64,000 bases of DNA, from positions 40,225,235-40,289,234 of the forward strand of contig NC_068985.1 in assembly GCF_001194135.2 (NCBI RefSeq), in the 5' to 3' direction. The notes under the pieces were generated by a model. The model did no database searches. It saw nothing but the letters and a program-made list of their open reading frames with translations, and was not told where the DNA came from. The DNA is from Octopus bimaculoides (taxonomy: Eukaryota). Of this stretch, positions 12,982 through 26,106 are shown piece by piece. The translations under genes were made by a program, and so were the position numbers. The number at the start of each line of letters is the position of its first letter. The stretch's first letter is position 1.

Positions 12982-13096
12982 TGGCTTTGATTCTTTAAAT
13001 GCTATTGAAGAGCATCCTGGCTCATAATCAACAATACTACGAGGCTGAATTTTGTAGGTTGAAAGATTGGAGCGAGCGTCAGGAGGACTCCAAGGA
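12982..13096 (-). CDS. CAP/SORBS: CAP/SORBS exon; (S)PWSPPDARSNLSTYKIQPRSIVDYEPGCSSIAFKESKP
   Basis: Long pyrimidine tract ...ttctgtttctattttcatag|T and donor CCA|gtaagt. 115 nt, phase 2 to 0. QPRSIxxYEPGxSS is a conserved SORBS/CAP inter-domain motif. Confidence 0.92.
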
Positions 13097-13189
13097 CTAT
13101 GAAAATAGAAACAGAAAAGGAAAATGGAACAGACTGAGCATTCTTGAAATAAATACGTGTATACATGATTCAGTTAGGCAATTAAGGAT

Positions 13190-13650
13190 GTGATACATAA
13201 GGCAATTAAGGATATGAAGACAGGGAAAACTTCAGGTTCATTGGGAATTACTTCTGAGATGCTTAACACACGGTGAAGTAAGATACAGTCTAATCACCTA
13301 TATAGTTAATAAGGTTATTCAGGAAGGTGCCATCCACAATGACTGGCATAGCAACATTATAGTCATCTGTTACAAGGGCAAAGGAGCTTAGAATTAATTA
13401 TGGAGTTATCAAAATGCTGGAAAAGGTCATGAAAGTTAGAGAGAGAGTTATTGCCCACTTAATTATAAACAGTATTAGAGTAGATAATATGCAGTTTGTT
13501 TTTGTATAAGGTACTACTGATGTTATCTTCTTAGGCAACTGCAGCAGAAGTATTTAGCTAAGAGTAAACCATTATACGTAGCATATGTTGATATGGAGAA
13601 AGCCTTCAACATAATCCCTCAATTAGCAATATGGTGGTCTCTGAGGAAAT
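13190..13650 (+). mobile_element. RTE (BovB-like) LINE RT N-terminal fragment
   Basis: KAIKDMKTGKTSG..ITSEML..VIQEGAIHNDWHSNIIVICYKGKG..RQLQQKYLAKSKPLYVAYVDMEKAFN..IWWSLRKLG, with frameshifts. Confidence 0.85.
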
Positions 13651-15305
13651 TAGGGTATGTATTTCTATATCTCCCTCTTCACTACTCCAACATCTTGCAC
13701 ATATTTTCTATTCTATTCTCCTATATCTCCCACTTTACCCATCTACATACTGGTATGTCCCATCATCTGCACCCCAACCCTTGTTCATTACTCACTACAT
13801 TAATCCCTACCTCCACCTGTTTACTCTTCCCTAACACCCTTATGAAAACATCCATTCTCCCCCCCCCCCATGACCCACTGTCTGTGCCCTTTCATATGTT
13901 CACATTCTTATTCCTTGAGAGTTTGCTTTCACACACATCCATCATTACCTTCCCCTTATCTTCTTCAGGTATACGGCTCCTCTATGGCAAAACACCTTTG
14001 CTTGTCCCTCTATCATACTTTAGCCTTTCAACACCTGGCATACACCCACCTACCTCCACCTTCCCCTCCTAAATACTTTCTCTTAATAGTGGGAACTTTT
14101 TCCTTTCTCTCTTACAAATTTCATGGTTACCTCACAAAATTCTGATGGCACAAAAAAATGCACCCAGTACACTCTGTAAAGTGGTTGACATTACGAAAGG
14201 CATCCAGCTGTAGAATCCAGGCCATGTATACATTAAAACAATATGATAGTAATACCTTCCATCTTTTCTATAAGTCTTTCACTCACATTAGGCATTAGAC
14301 TGCAGCCGTGCCTTTCAAGCATATCAATAACAGTATTTATTTTGGAATATTGGTAGTTATTTTATCAATCACTATTTGTTAAGCTGATAAGTTAGAGAAT
14401 ATAAACAGCAGTACCATTTTTTAATGAGTACCATTTTTTAGCAAATACAAGCATATACAAAAACATGCACATGTACCTGACAAACTTCCATAGAGTTTGA
14501 TAAATTTCACTCACTAGACATTGGTCACTTGAGATTTTCGTAAAAGACACTTGCACAAAGTACCATGCAATACTTACTGTTTGAACATGATTGGGTAATA
14601 AAGTTCTTTACCACACAACCATTTCATGCAGATAGTGTCTTTGAATAATTTCCTTTAGTCTTTATAATAATTTTTGGAACTTACAAGTACACATTACAAT
14701 ACATCAATGTACCAATTCTCTAACCCTAATTTGCATAGCATAGAGAAGACTATGGTTATTGAAGTGGTTTAATATTACTTATATGTGTCCAGAGTTATTA
14801 CCTGTACTTGCAAAGATCATATTTAGATATTAGCCACTGAAGTGAAGTTTTCTTCTCAATATATATCCATAATACACACTTCTGAAAAAACAGGACTATG
14901 AGATTTCCTGAACATTGACTTCACAGTAGATGTACTTTCACAGTATACACTGATAAAGTTTAAATGAAGGTCACTTTTGGATTTGCTTTTTGTTTTGTTT
15001 AAGAATCAGAAACATTTTCAGTACATTTTGCTGAGCAATTTTAATAAGTGAACAAACACTCCTTTTTTTTATTTATAATGCAAGAAAATTTAGTGCATAT
15101 TACATACAAGGGATATATTATTCTAGATTTTTTGTTCCCCATAATTTTGAGTCATACATGAGCACATATAATATGTAAATACAATAGATATTTCTTCTCA
15201 CTTCGTTAAGTATGATATTAGCTTGAAAGTTACTCTATCACTAATGTTGTAGACATGAGAGTAAAGCGAGAGGATTACAAAAATCTATAAGTAAATAATG
15301 CACAC

Positions 15306-15408
15306 CTCCTCCTTTCTCTTGATGACACAGATTTACTTCGGTTTCTTTCAAATGTACTGCCACCGGTGTATTGTCTGCTTTCTGATGCTGATCTGTAACC
15401 TGTATCAT
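15306..15408 (-). CDS. CAP/SORBS: CAP/SORBS exon; (D)DTGYRSASESRQYTGGSTFERNRSKSVSSRERR
   Basis: Acceptor ttttctttttcag|AT and weak donor GAG|gtgtgc. 103 nt, phase 1 to 2, compatible with both neighbouring exons. DTGY motif as I recall it from invertebrate CAP proteins after SoHo. Confidence 0.85.
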
Positions 15409-17589
15409 CTGAAAAAGAAAATACAACAAGACTTTACTGAAAGGTTACCAGTCAAATACAGACAGGTTAAAACATCATTGATATCTTAATCTTGTCTTTG
15501 AGTGTCACAGCCAGAAATAAAGATGGTGTTAAGTAATAAAAGTAAATAAGTAACAGCAATAATAACATTATCATTAATTATAATAACAATAAAATGAAAA
15601 AAGTATAAATATTTAATACTGAAAATAAAAACAATTAGTGAAAACTGATTTAAGGTTACATAACATGATTAACAAATACATAAATAATATACAAAGTTGA
15701 CTTAGTAAAGTCAATGCATCCTTTAAAACATACATACACTATTGTATTCACTTTTACATTGTTGTTGTAATCATCATCATCATCATCGTCATTAGGCAGG
15801 GAATTGGAAGAGTTGTTAGAACAACCTTATGGCATTCATTCCAGTTCTCTCTGAGTTCAAATGCTGTCAAGGTCAACTATGCCTTTTGTTCTTTCAGAGG
15901 TCAATAAAATAAAGCACCATCCATGGCAATGGATTGGTGGAACTGTGAGAGCATCAGACAAGAAATCTTATAGATACTCTTTTGTCTTTTTCGATTCTGA
16001 GTTCAAATTCTGCCACAGGATCCAAATTTTGTCAATTGGCTGACGTAATGATTATTATTATTATTATATTTTATATCATTAAGCATCACAGTATTTTCTT
16101 ATACATCTACCTGTTAGTCACTAGTATTTAACTAAACATTCATCGAGTTTGAATATCAGTAAACAAATTGTAGCTGCATAACAAATGACTATGGTACCTA
16201 ATAATAATATTATATTATAAAATAATATTAATACTTAAGTAATAGAAAGTACAGCAGTGTATGGGTGTTTTAATATTTACAATGACACAGCTACTGATGA
16301 GAATTGTTTCAGTCACAGTACAGGATGAACTTTCAGTAAATAATTCTCCAAATAAGTGCAACTCAGAAATGTATAATTTTAATTCATTTCCTTCTTTTTT
16401 CTCAATAAATATTCATAAATTTGAAATATGGATTCAGACAATATTGCAACATTGATGATAGAATGTCAATGAAGTAAATGAAATATGTTCACTTATTCAA
16501 AAGTGATAAATGAACTTGTCTCAAATTCTTATCAGTTTCTTCTGAAGTAAGAAAACATAATGAATTGGAAAGTGATGTTAGACATTATAAACACTAATTT
16601 TAATCAGAAAAGAGAGACAGAATTTAACTCTTCCTGTTTTATTTGTTCAATATATGGAAATGTTTTAGGTTACCTGTTAAAACTAAGGAAGAAAAGATCT
16701 TAGAACTCAGAATCATTTTGCCCCTTGCTCTCTCCCTCCTTCTCCAAAGATCACACAGTTCATGAGATGAAACAAACAAGTTTTTATGCCTGCAAAAAAG
16801 AGAATTTGTTTCAAATTCTCAACACAGCACATAAACTTATTCCATTTTTGTGAACTTCATTAAGTTTGAGGCTAACACAGAACATCACTAATTAACTTGG
16901 ACTCAAGTGTTTTTTCTTTATACATTAACACATTCAGTGTTTGTTTATCAACAGATGTCATAGATATGTGAACACACGGGAATGAAATTCTAAACCTTTA
17001 TTGATTGTGAGATTCCAACTATATTATCCACTATACCAAGTCAAATAGGAAAAAAAAACCCCCAAAACTAAAACTATTTGCACTTAAGTGGTATTAAAAC
17101 TATTTTCCACAAGGTTGCACCTTTTGCAAGGCGTACTGTTAAGCCTATACTCTATGCTATTGTCACTTATTTCAGACAATATCGACTGAAGTTAGCTATA
17201 TATAATTAAAATCATATGTCCTTAGTGACATATAATTTTTTGTTTCACACCATACCAGTTGCTTCATCTTTGAGTCAAATTTCCATTGTTCCTTAATTCT
17301 AATATTTATAGGTTCTGCTGTTTCTCTTTGTAAACCACACTATATGTTCTTGGGATATTAGATGTGAAATTTTTTAATAACTTCTTTTTGCTGACAGAGC
17401 TGGACTCTGGCGACATACCTATGAAATATACTGTTACACCGGGACACTTAATCTGCAGTAGTTACCAATAGAGAATATTTTCTCAATCAGATATATGCTT
17501 ATCAGTATTTGCTCATATTCTCAAACTTCATCTAATAACAAAAAGATCGTCATCATCAATTAACATCTGTTGATCAACAATAAAAATAA

Positions 17590-17820
17590 TACTGGCTTCA
17601 AATTTTGACACAAGGCCAAACATTTTAGGGAAGAGGGTTAGTTGGTTACATTGACCCCAGAACCTGACTAATACTTTATTTTATCAACTCTAAAAGGATG
17701 ACAAGCGAAGTTGACATCAGCAGGGTCTGAACTCAGAACATAGAGGGCCAGAAATGTCACTAAACATTTTGTCTGACATGCTTACAATTCTGCCAGCTTG
17801 CCTTCTTCTTCTTCTTCTTC

Positions 17821-17852
<32 letters not shown>

Positions 17853-18241
17853 GATATTATTCAGTTAAATTCTGCAGATTTCAACTTTGCCTTTCAACCT
17901 TTCAGGGTCAATAAGAAGAGTACCAGTTGAGCACTGGAGTTGATGTAACCGACTACCCCCAACCTCCAAAATTTCAGACCTTGTGCTAATACTAGAAAGG
18001 ATTATTATTATTGTTACTAAGGCAGCAAGCTGTATCATTAGCATGTTGGACAGAATGCTTAGTAACATTTCTTCCAGCATTTATGTTCTAAGTTCAATTT
18101 CTGCCAACATCGATTCTTGCCTTTCATATTTGGGATCGATAAAATATATATCGTTTGGACACTGGAGTCAATGTAACTGTCTTACCCTCTACCCCTTGCT
18201 GGCTTTGTACCAAAATTTGAAACCATTATTGTTATTATTAT

Positions 18242-18281
<40 letters not shown>

Positions 18282-18491
18282 TGCTGTCTCAAGGCCAGCA
18301 ATTTCGTGGAAGGAGTAAGTCAATGACATTGACCCCGGTGTTTAACTGGTACTTACTTTATCAATCCTGAAAGGATGAAAGGCAAAATCGACCTTGGCAG
18401 AATTTGAACTCAGAATGTGGAGACATACAAAATGCTGCAAAGCATTTCACTCAGCATGCTAACGCTTTTGCCAGCTCACTGCCTTATTATT

Positions 18492-18532
<41 letters not shown>

Positions 18533-18725
18533 TCCTTTCTACTATAGGCACAAGGCCTGAAATTGTGGGGGAGGGGGCTAGTTGATTACATTGACTCCAG
18601 TGTGTAAATGGTATTTATTTCATCAGTTAACCTTGGCAGAATTTGAACTCAGAAAGTAAAGATGAACAAAATGCTGCTAAACATTTTGCATGGTGTGCTA
18701 ACAATTCTGCCAGCTTTCCGCCCTA
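17590..18725. mobile_element. Cluster of 5 SINE family A copies in mixed orientation (-,+,+,-,-) with (ATT)n/(AAT)n spacers
   Basis: Core motifs at ~17595-17810(-), 17870-18005(+), 18015-18225(+), 18290-18485(-), 18535-18725(-). Confidence 0.85.
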
Positions 18726-20084
18726 ATAATAACAATAAGAACAACAACAATAAAATAAAATAATTTTGTGATAAAGATATGACATCTGATGTTTTTAAAG
18801 GATGAAGTAAGTGGAAGTTGTGATATTAATGCTTTTTTTGCTAGAGAGTTACTAACCTAAGTAGACTCAACTAGGAATAGAAACTGTCTTGGATTCACAA
18901 CATAGAAAAACTTTCTTTTAAGTTACATACAGCCTACAAACATACTAAATAAAACCTCTTTTTTCATTATAACACAGCATCACAAATTTAGAGAAGGAGA
19001 ATTCTAGTTAATGGACTGATCTCAGTAAAAAACTGATTGGCTAATATTTTTTATTGACCATGGAGTGGTGAAAGTCAATGCTGACTTTTGAACTTGAGGA
19101 AGAAAGAGATCTGAATATGGTGATGCATTTTATTTCATCCATCCTGCAACTATTTCTGTTTTCTATAACAATGATTTTTAACATAGGCATAAAGCCACAT
19201 ATTTCAGAGGAGGTATCATAGCTAACTGAAATTATACCAGATTTGAATCAAGAATGTAAAGAAATGTAACTAAATACTGCGTTTTCCTAGCATTACCTTT
19301 TCATTTATGCTACCACTTTATATAATAATTACAATTCCATAAAACTGAGAAAAATAGAAAGTTTACAATTAGCTTGATCTCTGAAAGAGATCATGTCTTC
19401 CAATGTGATATGTGTTAAAACATTTTTGCAGACTATAGAGTGACTTGTGACCTACCAGTGCAATCATTAACTTGCATTATATTGCAGATTAGTCCCAACT
19501 GAACAGACCAATGATCAAAACATTCCAGCTATAATCATCCCAGCATTTTTTTTTACAGCTGTACCTAGGGCATTATCATCCAAAGTATCTATTCTTTAAG
19601 ATAGTAGCATGTAGTTTGAGTGGATTTTGCTGTCATGTCTAGCAAACTGAGCAACTGTGTAGAAGTTTCTTCATTGTCTCCATAAGTTTGTCAATAGAAG
19701 ACTAGGTTGTTCAGAGACATTGATAATCAGATGTTGACTTTGATATACATCAGGCTAGTGACACCAGTCTAGTTTACTGTATAAACAAAACGACTATTTT
19801 ATAAAACACTGATTTTATTGACTTGAGTTCCGAGTTTCAGTCATAAAGAAAGAAAGAAAAAAGGAAGAAAAATATACAAGGTTAGGTCATATTTGTAATT
19901 ATCTCTGCTATATAGAATCAGTGTAGAACAGGCATATAATATTTGTATATGCATTGCTAAAAAGTTAATTGTATTAGAATAACTTTATTAGATTGAGAAT
20001 ATTAACCCATCTTATTTCTAATACTTATCAAAATCCACTCATGATGTAACAAGTTTGCTGACATTAAATTTCAAGTCTCTAAGT

Positions 20085-20300
20085 CAGCGAGCTGGCAGAA
20101 TCATTAGCATGCCAGGCAAAATGCTTAGCAGCATTTCATCTGTTTTTATGTTCTGAGTTCAAATTCCACCAAGGTTGACTTTGCCTTTCATCCTTTCAGG
20201 GTCAATAAATTAAGTATCAGTGAAACACTGGGATCGATGTAATCAACTAGTCCCCTCCCCAACAATTTCTGACTTTGTGTCTATATTAGAAAGGATTATA
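20085..20300 (+). mobile_element. SINE family A, full length
   Basis: gcgagctggcagaatcattagcatgccaggcaaaatgcttagc...gaaaggatta. Confidence 0.9.
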
Positions 20301-22114
20301 ATTTCAAGTCTTAAAGTTATGTCCATATATGAATGTTATACATTTACATAAATGAATGTATTGAGCAAAACTCTGAGTAGACTGTCATTTTTTAATATGA
20401 TAAACATATCTATCTACACTATCCAACATACTGAGTTCTATATCATTTGCACTATGTAAAATATATCTTTTATCTTTTCTTTTACTTGTTTCAGTCATTA
20501 GACTGTGGCTACACTGGGGCAGTGCGATGAAGAGCTTTTTTATTTGAACAAAACGCCCCCAGTACTTTTCTTAAAGCTTGGTACTTATTCTATTGGTCTC
20601 TTTTTGCTAAACTGGTAAATTACAGGGACATAAACACACCAACGCCGGTTGTCAAGTAGTGGTGGGGGACAAACACAGATACAAAGACACACAAACAGAT
20701 ACACACATACACACACACACATGTATATGCATACATGATGGGCTTCTTTCAGTTTCCATCCACTAAATCCACTCATAAGGCTTTGCTCAACCTGAGACTA
20801 GCAGAAGACACTTGTCCAAAGCACCACACTGTGAGACTGAACTTGGAACCATGTGGCTGAGAAGCAAACTTCTTACCACACAGCCATGCCTGCATTTATA
20901 TATATTTGTATATATTTTACATTTACATTAATGATATGTATATATATGCATATGGGGGTGGGGAGAGAGAGATTATAGAAATTTGTAAAATTTTATCATA
21001 TTCCCATTTGTTCCCTCATACTTTACTCTATACAGGTTTAATTATTTTTCTTTATACACAGATTAAAATAATTAGTCATAGATGCATTGTCCAAGTAACT
21101 AGCTCACTTAAGTTGTTGACAGTTAATTGAATAAGAGACGATAGGCAGGTCAATAGTGATAATTTTTTTAGTAACTACCAAGCTGTTTTGGCATATACTG
21201 CATTTATTTAGATTTATATAGATTTATAAAATGCACTGATATCTAGCAGTCTCAATGTCATGTTAAGAGTAATCCAAGGTACAATATTTTAAACTGAAGT
21301 CATTAGTTTTAAATTATGTCAAGAATCTATTTCATTTGTAAAAATGAAGACAGGCAAAAAATTATGTTATTCTTGAATATTCCTATTATAGCTGTAACCC
21401 ACAATATAACTAACAGCAACAACATACATATTACTTGATACACTGTAATGGTACTGATAACAGAAAGAGACAGTAACAAAGATAAGGTGTGAAAGGATTA
21501 TATTGCAGATCTGTCCAACCTGTGCAAACATGGAATAATTGGAAATATAACAGATAACGATAATGAGAAATCATTTAGTCATCATCATCGTTTAACATTT
21601 GTTGTCCATGCTGGCATGGGTTGGACAGTTTGACCAGGGCTGGCAAGCTGGAAGGCTGCACCAGACTCCAGTCTGATTTGGCATGGTTTCTACAGCTGAA
21701 TGCCCTTCTAATGCCAACCACTCTGAGAGTATAATGGGTGCTTTTTTTGGCCATTGACATGGGTGCCATTTGCGCCACAGTTTAACTTGGCTTGATGGAT
21801 CTTCTTCTCAATAATGACATAATGCCAAAGGTCTCGGTCATTCATCATTGCCTCCATGTGGCCCAACACTTGAAAGGTGCTTTTCACATGCTACCAGCAT
21901 TGGCCATTTTGCCTCCACGAGGCCCACTCAAAAGGTGCTTTTTATGTGCCACTGGCATGGGTGCCAGTTATGTAACACTAGTATCAGTCACAACTATGAT
22001 TTCACTTGGCTTGACAGGTCTTCTTAAGCATATCACCAAAGATCTTGGTCACTAATCATCACCTCTGTGAGGCCCAAAGTTTGAAGATCATATTTCACCA
22101 CCTCTTAGTATTAT

Positions 22115-22580
22115 TATTAAGGTATTGGGTTGGCAGAATTGTTAGTGTTGACAGAAATATCTTGCAGTAGTTCTTCTGACTCTTTACAGTTTAAGATCAA
22201 ATACTGCAACAGTCAAGTTTGTCATCCATCCTTTTGAGGTTGATAAAATAAAGTACAAGTGAAGCATTGAGTCAAAGTAATTGAATAACCTTTCCCCTCC
22301 AAAATTGTTGGCATTGTACCAAAATTTGAAATCATTGATATTATTAATATTAATAAAAAGACATAGCGGTAAGCTGACAGAATCGTTAGCATACTGGGCA
22401 AAATGTTTAGTGGCATTTTGTCCGTCTTTATGGTCTGAGTTCAAATTTCACTCAGGCCAAGTTTACCTTCCATCCTTTTGGGGTCAATAAGATAAGTACC
22501 AGTCAAGTACTGGCAATGTAATCAACTTCCCTCTTCCTGCAAAAACTTCTGGGTCTATGCCAAAATTTGAGACCATTATA
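22115..22580 (+). mobile_element. Two tandem SINE family A copies
   Basis: Two successive A-box/B-box/core units. Confidence 0.8.
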
Positions 22581-23705
22581 ACATATTAGATCCATTGAAA
22601 TATTAAAATCAATGGTTCTATGTCTTTCTTTGCATGATAAACATAAAATAGAAAATAAACAAAAGCTGTAACTACTTCGTTGAGGAACTGTCAAAAATGT
22701 TTCTCACTTTCTCACACACACATACACACAAATAAGGAGAAAATTTCAAGCAATTTGTTTATCTCAAATACATATAATGAAACAAACAGCTTCTTTGTCC
22801 TCTAATGATAACTGAGTGATGCAGCTATTTTCCTTGAAAATTGCTTAAAACATTTATTTGCTTACAGAAAGTCAATGAAATGGGTCAAAATTCCAAAGAA
22901 GAAATTAACTTTTGATTTCTGAAACGACTATGAGGATAAATGAATTGACTTATTTCTTATTGCAGTGAGTGAGTGGATGGATACTCAGAAATACTTAGAA
23001 GGTATTATGTGTATAAAGAAAATGAGTTGGTGAGTATAAACAATTGATAAAGTGTACATTAATTACATTTCATGCTTCTTAATTACATTTCATGCTTCTT
23101 ACCAGGGAGTTTCTAGCTTAATTCAAGCATAGACTATTTGCTAATTTATGAATAAATGACAGGAATTCTTTGGCAGTGGGTGAGTCTAATGTGAAATGGA
23201 GATAATATAGAAGTTGTAAAAAATAGTAGTGATGGTACTGAGGAAGAGGAAAGAGGAGAGGAAAAATAACACTTTCTTTGATAATTTCTAACAGCAAATA
23301 TTATTAAAGTACATTAACCCATTTTGTTTCCTGTCATCTCAAGTAAATACTGAAACATACAGTACACTAGATATCAAATCCTCATCATAATCCATCTCTT
23401 CCTCTCTTCACCAGCCCTTCCCATCTAGGATATACTAGATGGGTTACCATATTGGTGTGAAAATCAGCTTCTTACATGTGAGTTCCTAATTCTAAGTTTT
23501 ATAGTTCTGTTGCCACAAACATAACACAATTATAAATTAAGTTAACAGACATTTCAAGATGAGTGAAAAATAGTAATAGAAAAGCTCAAACTAGATCCTA
23601 TAATCCCCACTAAGCCTATTGATTAGAGAAATAGCATATTCTAAGTATATATATTTGTTTAATAAATGAAAGATGTGAAGAGATAGGTTTTTTAAATATG
23701 AATCA

Positions 23706-23759
<54 letters not shown>

Positions 23760-24518
23760 AAGGTGACGAGCTTGCAGAATTGTTAACACACTAGGTGAAA
23801 TGCTTAGCAGTATTTTGCCTGTCTCTATGTTCTGAGTTCAAATTCCACTGAGGTTGACTTTGCCTTTCATCCTTGCAAGGTTGATGAAATAAGTACCAGT
23901 TATGCACTGGGGTTGATGTAATCGACTAGCCCCTTCCCCCAAAATTTCAGTCTTTGTGCCTATTGTAGAAAAGATTATTACTAAAGGCAGCAAACTGGCA
24001 GAAGTGTTAGCTAGCTGGATGAAGTGCTTTGTGGTATTTTGCCCATTGCTATGATCTGAGTTCAAATTCCACTGAGGTCAACTTTGCCTATCATCCTTTC
24101 AGGGTCGATGAATTAAGTACCAGTGTGTTGTAATGAAAATGATACTCCCCTTTCCACATGACAAAGTGATATGAACCAGCCACTATAAAGTCAGACAGTC
24201 AGTTGTTGTGGGAACTCAGCAGTAGTAGAGTTGTTATACAAGTTCTCAGTTGGAGTCAGTGTCAGTTACACGATATATACAAGTTCAAGTTAATGTGAAG
24301 GTAGACAAGTCATTGTCTTGTAGAGCTATCAGTGATTGCATGATAAACGAGTCAAAGATAATAAGACGCAGAATACCACCAAAACAATAGTAGTGACAAG
24401 AATATTACAGTGCCAACAATAACATACAAATGGATGAGGATTCAAATTATAACACAGTGAAATACTGTGGTTGATGTAATCAACTAGTCTCCTCCCACCA
24501 AATTTCAAGCCTTGTGCC

Positions 24519-24570
<52 letters not shown>

Positions 24571-24950
24571 ATTAGCAGCCTTTATAATCATTTAAATTCT
24601 ACTGAGGTCAACTTTGCCTTTTATCCTTTCAGGGCCAATAAAATATTTACCAGCCAAGTATTGAAGTCAATGTAATCGACTTGCCCCTCTCACTCAAAAT
24701 TTCAGATTTTATGCTGATAGCAGGGAAAAATTATAAGGTGACAAGCTGGCAGAGTTGTTAGCATGTTGGACAAAATACTCAGTGGCATTTCTTTCAGCTT
24801 TTATGCTTTTAGTTCAAATTCTGCCAAAGTTGACTTTGCCTTTCATCCTTTCAGGGCCAATGAAATAGGTACCAACTGAGCATTGGGGTCAATGTAATCA
24901 AGTTCCCCATCCTTCGCAATTGCTGATCTTGAGTCTATAAAAAGGATTAT
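23760..24950 (+). mobile_element. Array of 4 SINE family A copies; the second is split by a solo LTR
   Basis: Units at ~23760-23975, 23985-24125 plus 24455-24520, 24590-24720 and 24735-24950. Confidence 0.85.
24126..24454. mobile_element. Solo LTR (329 bp) with TG...CA ends and 5-bp TSD
   Basis: CAGTG|TGTTGTAAT ... ATTATAACA|CAGTG. 9-bp terminal inverted repeat with 1 mismatch. Removing it restores the SINE sequence aagtaccagtgaaatactg. Confidence 0.85.
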
Positions 24951-24989
24951 TATTATTATAATTATTATTATTATTATTATTATTATTGA

Positions 24990-25460
24990 ATGAGAGAGCA
25001 GTGCATGCCATCAAAGTGATACTGGAGTAAAATATACAAAGCTCAGTATACCAATCACGACTACCCGTCTGATAAGGGTACACCAGGCACATGCATCACA
25101 ACCATATGGGCACGACATGGTGATCTCATATCAAGATAAAAAGTGCATGACTTTGCAGATGGGGCTCAGTTAGAATTTTCATCAGGTTGAGTAGCCCATC
25201 CCGATCAAAAGGTCTCTGAATAAGGGTTGTTTAAGGATGTTGAACAAAACACCTATATTTCCAAAGGTGAATTATCCAAACCCCAAAGAATTCCTCTCAA
25301 CACATGGCTCTGATGCTTCCCCACTACTTCTGCTTGTGATCAAAGATGCACATATTGTCAGCCACTAAGGAACACGTTCAACTGGTTAAGGTCAAACAAC
25401 TGACAAGCAAATCTGTGGTACTGAGCAGAATATTTGCTGTAGCCTGTCTTTTATACCAGT
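24990..25460 (-). repeat. Unclassified interspersed repeat ending in an (AAT)n tail (probable non-LTR 3' end)
   Basis: Higher-GC block abutting the microsatellite. I recall it as a recurrent octopus repeat, but it is single-copy in this window. Confidence 0.45.
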
Positions 25461-26106
25461 GCAATCACTTCAACAAGTTTAAGATGCTGAAATTTGGTTG
25501 TATCTTATATCTGATACTTATTAACATCTATTAATTCTTTCTGTACCTTTATTTAACTGAAATTAGAGCCTCATGGTAAAAGCTGCATTATAGTGCAGTA
25601 TTTCTTCTGTAAGAAAAAACATGAAAATTTTGCAAGTGAGAAGAATCAACTGTTTTGAGCAACCAGTGAATTTTACATTCCTAGCTCAGCTGGTGTGCTT
25701 AATGTCAGAGGAACTGATACATTTTGTAGTCAAGAGTATCCATCAATGAATGGTAAGTAGAACACCAAAACTTCTTCTGGACATGCTCACAAGAAAGTTC
25801 AACTTGACCAAGCATGTCAACAAAACATGACTCAGGTTTGCAATCTGCCAGTGACAATAATAATAATAATAGACCATTTCAGCTTGTATTGCAGTACTTC
25901 TTTACAGCCTGGTGGACTGAACTATTTAAGGTTGTTGTTGTTGTTGGCCTATGAACAAAGTTGTGTGAACCATGGCCATCTCATTTTTTTTGGTGGGGGG
26001 GCAGTAAGGCTATCTTATCTAGTGTGCCTTTATGTAAGTCGATAAGAGTGTGATTTGAAGATTAGTTTATTTTCCCAAAAGACTGTGACTACATAGATGT
26101 ACCTAT

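Noticed and set aside
12999-13193. Plus-strand 64-aa ORF
   Set aside because: Antisense to the real CAP/SORBS exon 12982-13096.
13650-14070. Possible Penelope RT fragment (LLQVYGSSMA)
   Set aside because: Similarity too weak in pyrimidine-rich sequence to call.
15241-15429. ORF-track frame MIQVTDQHQK...
   Set aside because: Wrong frame; splice phases require the DTGYRS frame.
20085-20170. tRNA-like A/B boxes
   Set aside because: SINE heads, no cloverleaf; no true tRNA or rRNA gene found in the window.
23061-23100. Short tandem duplications (20 bp here; also ~4125-4175, 13186-13215, 58955-59010)
   Set aside because: Ordinary slippage duplications with no array structure.
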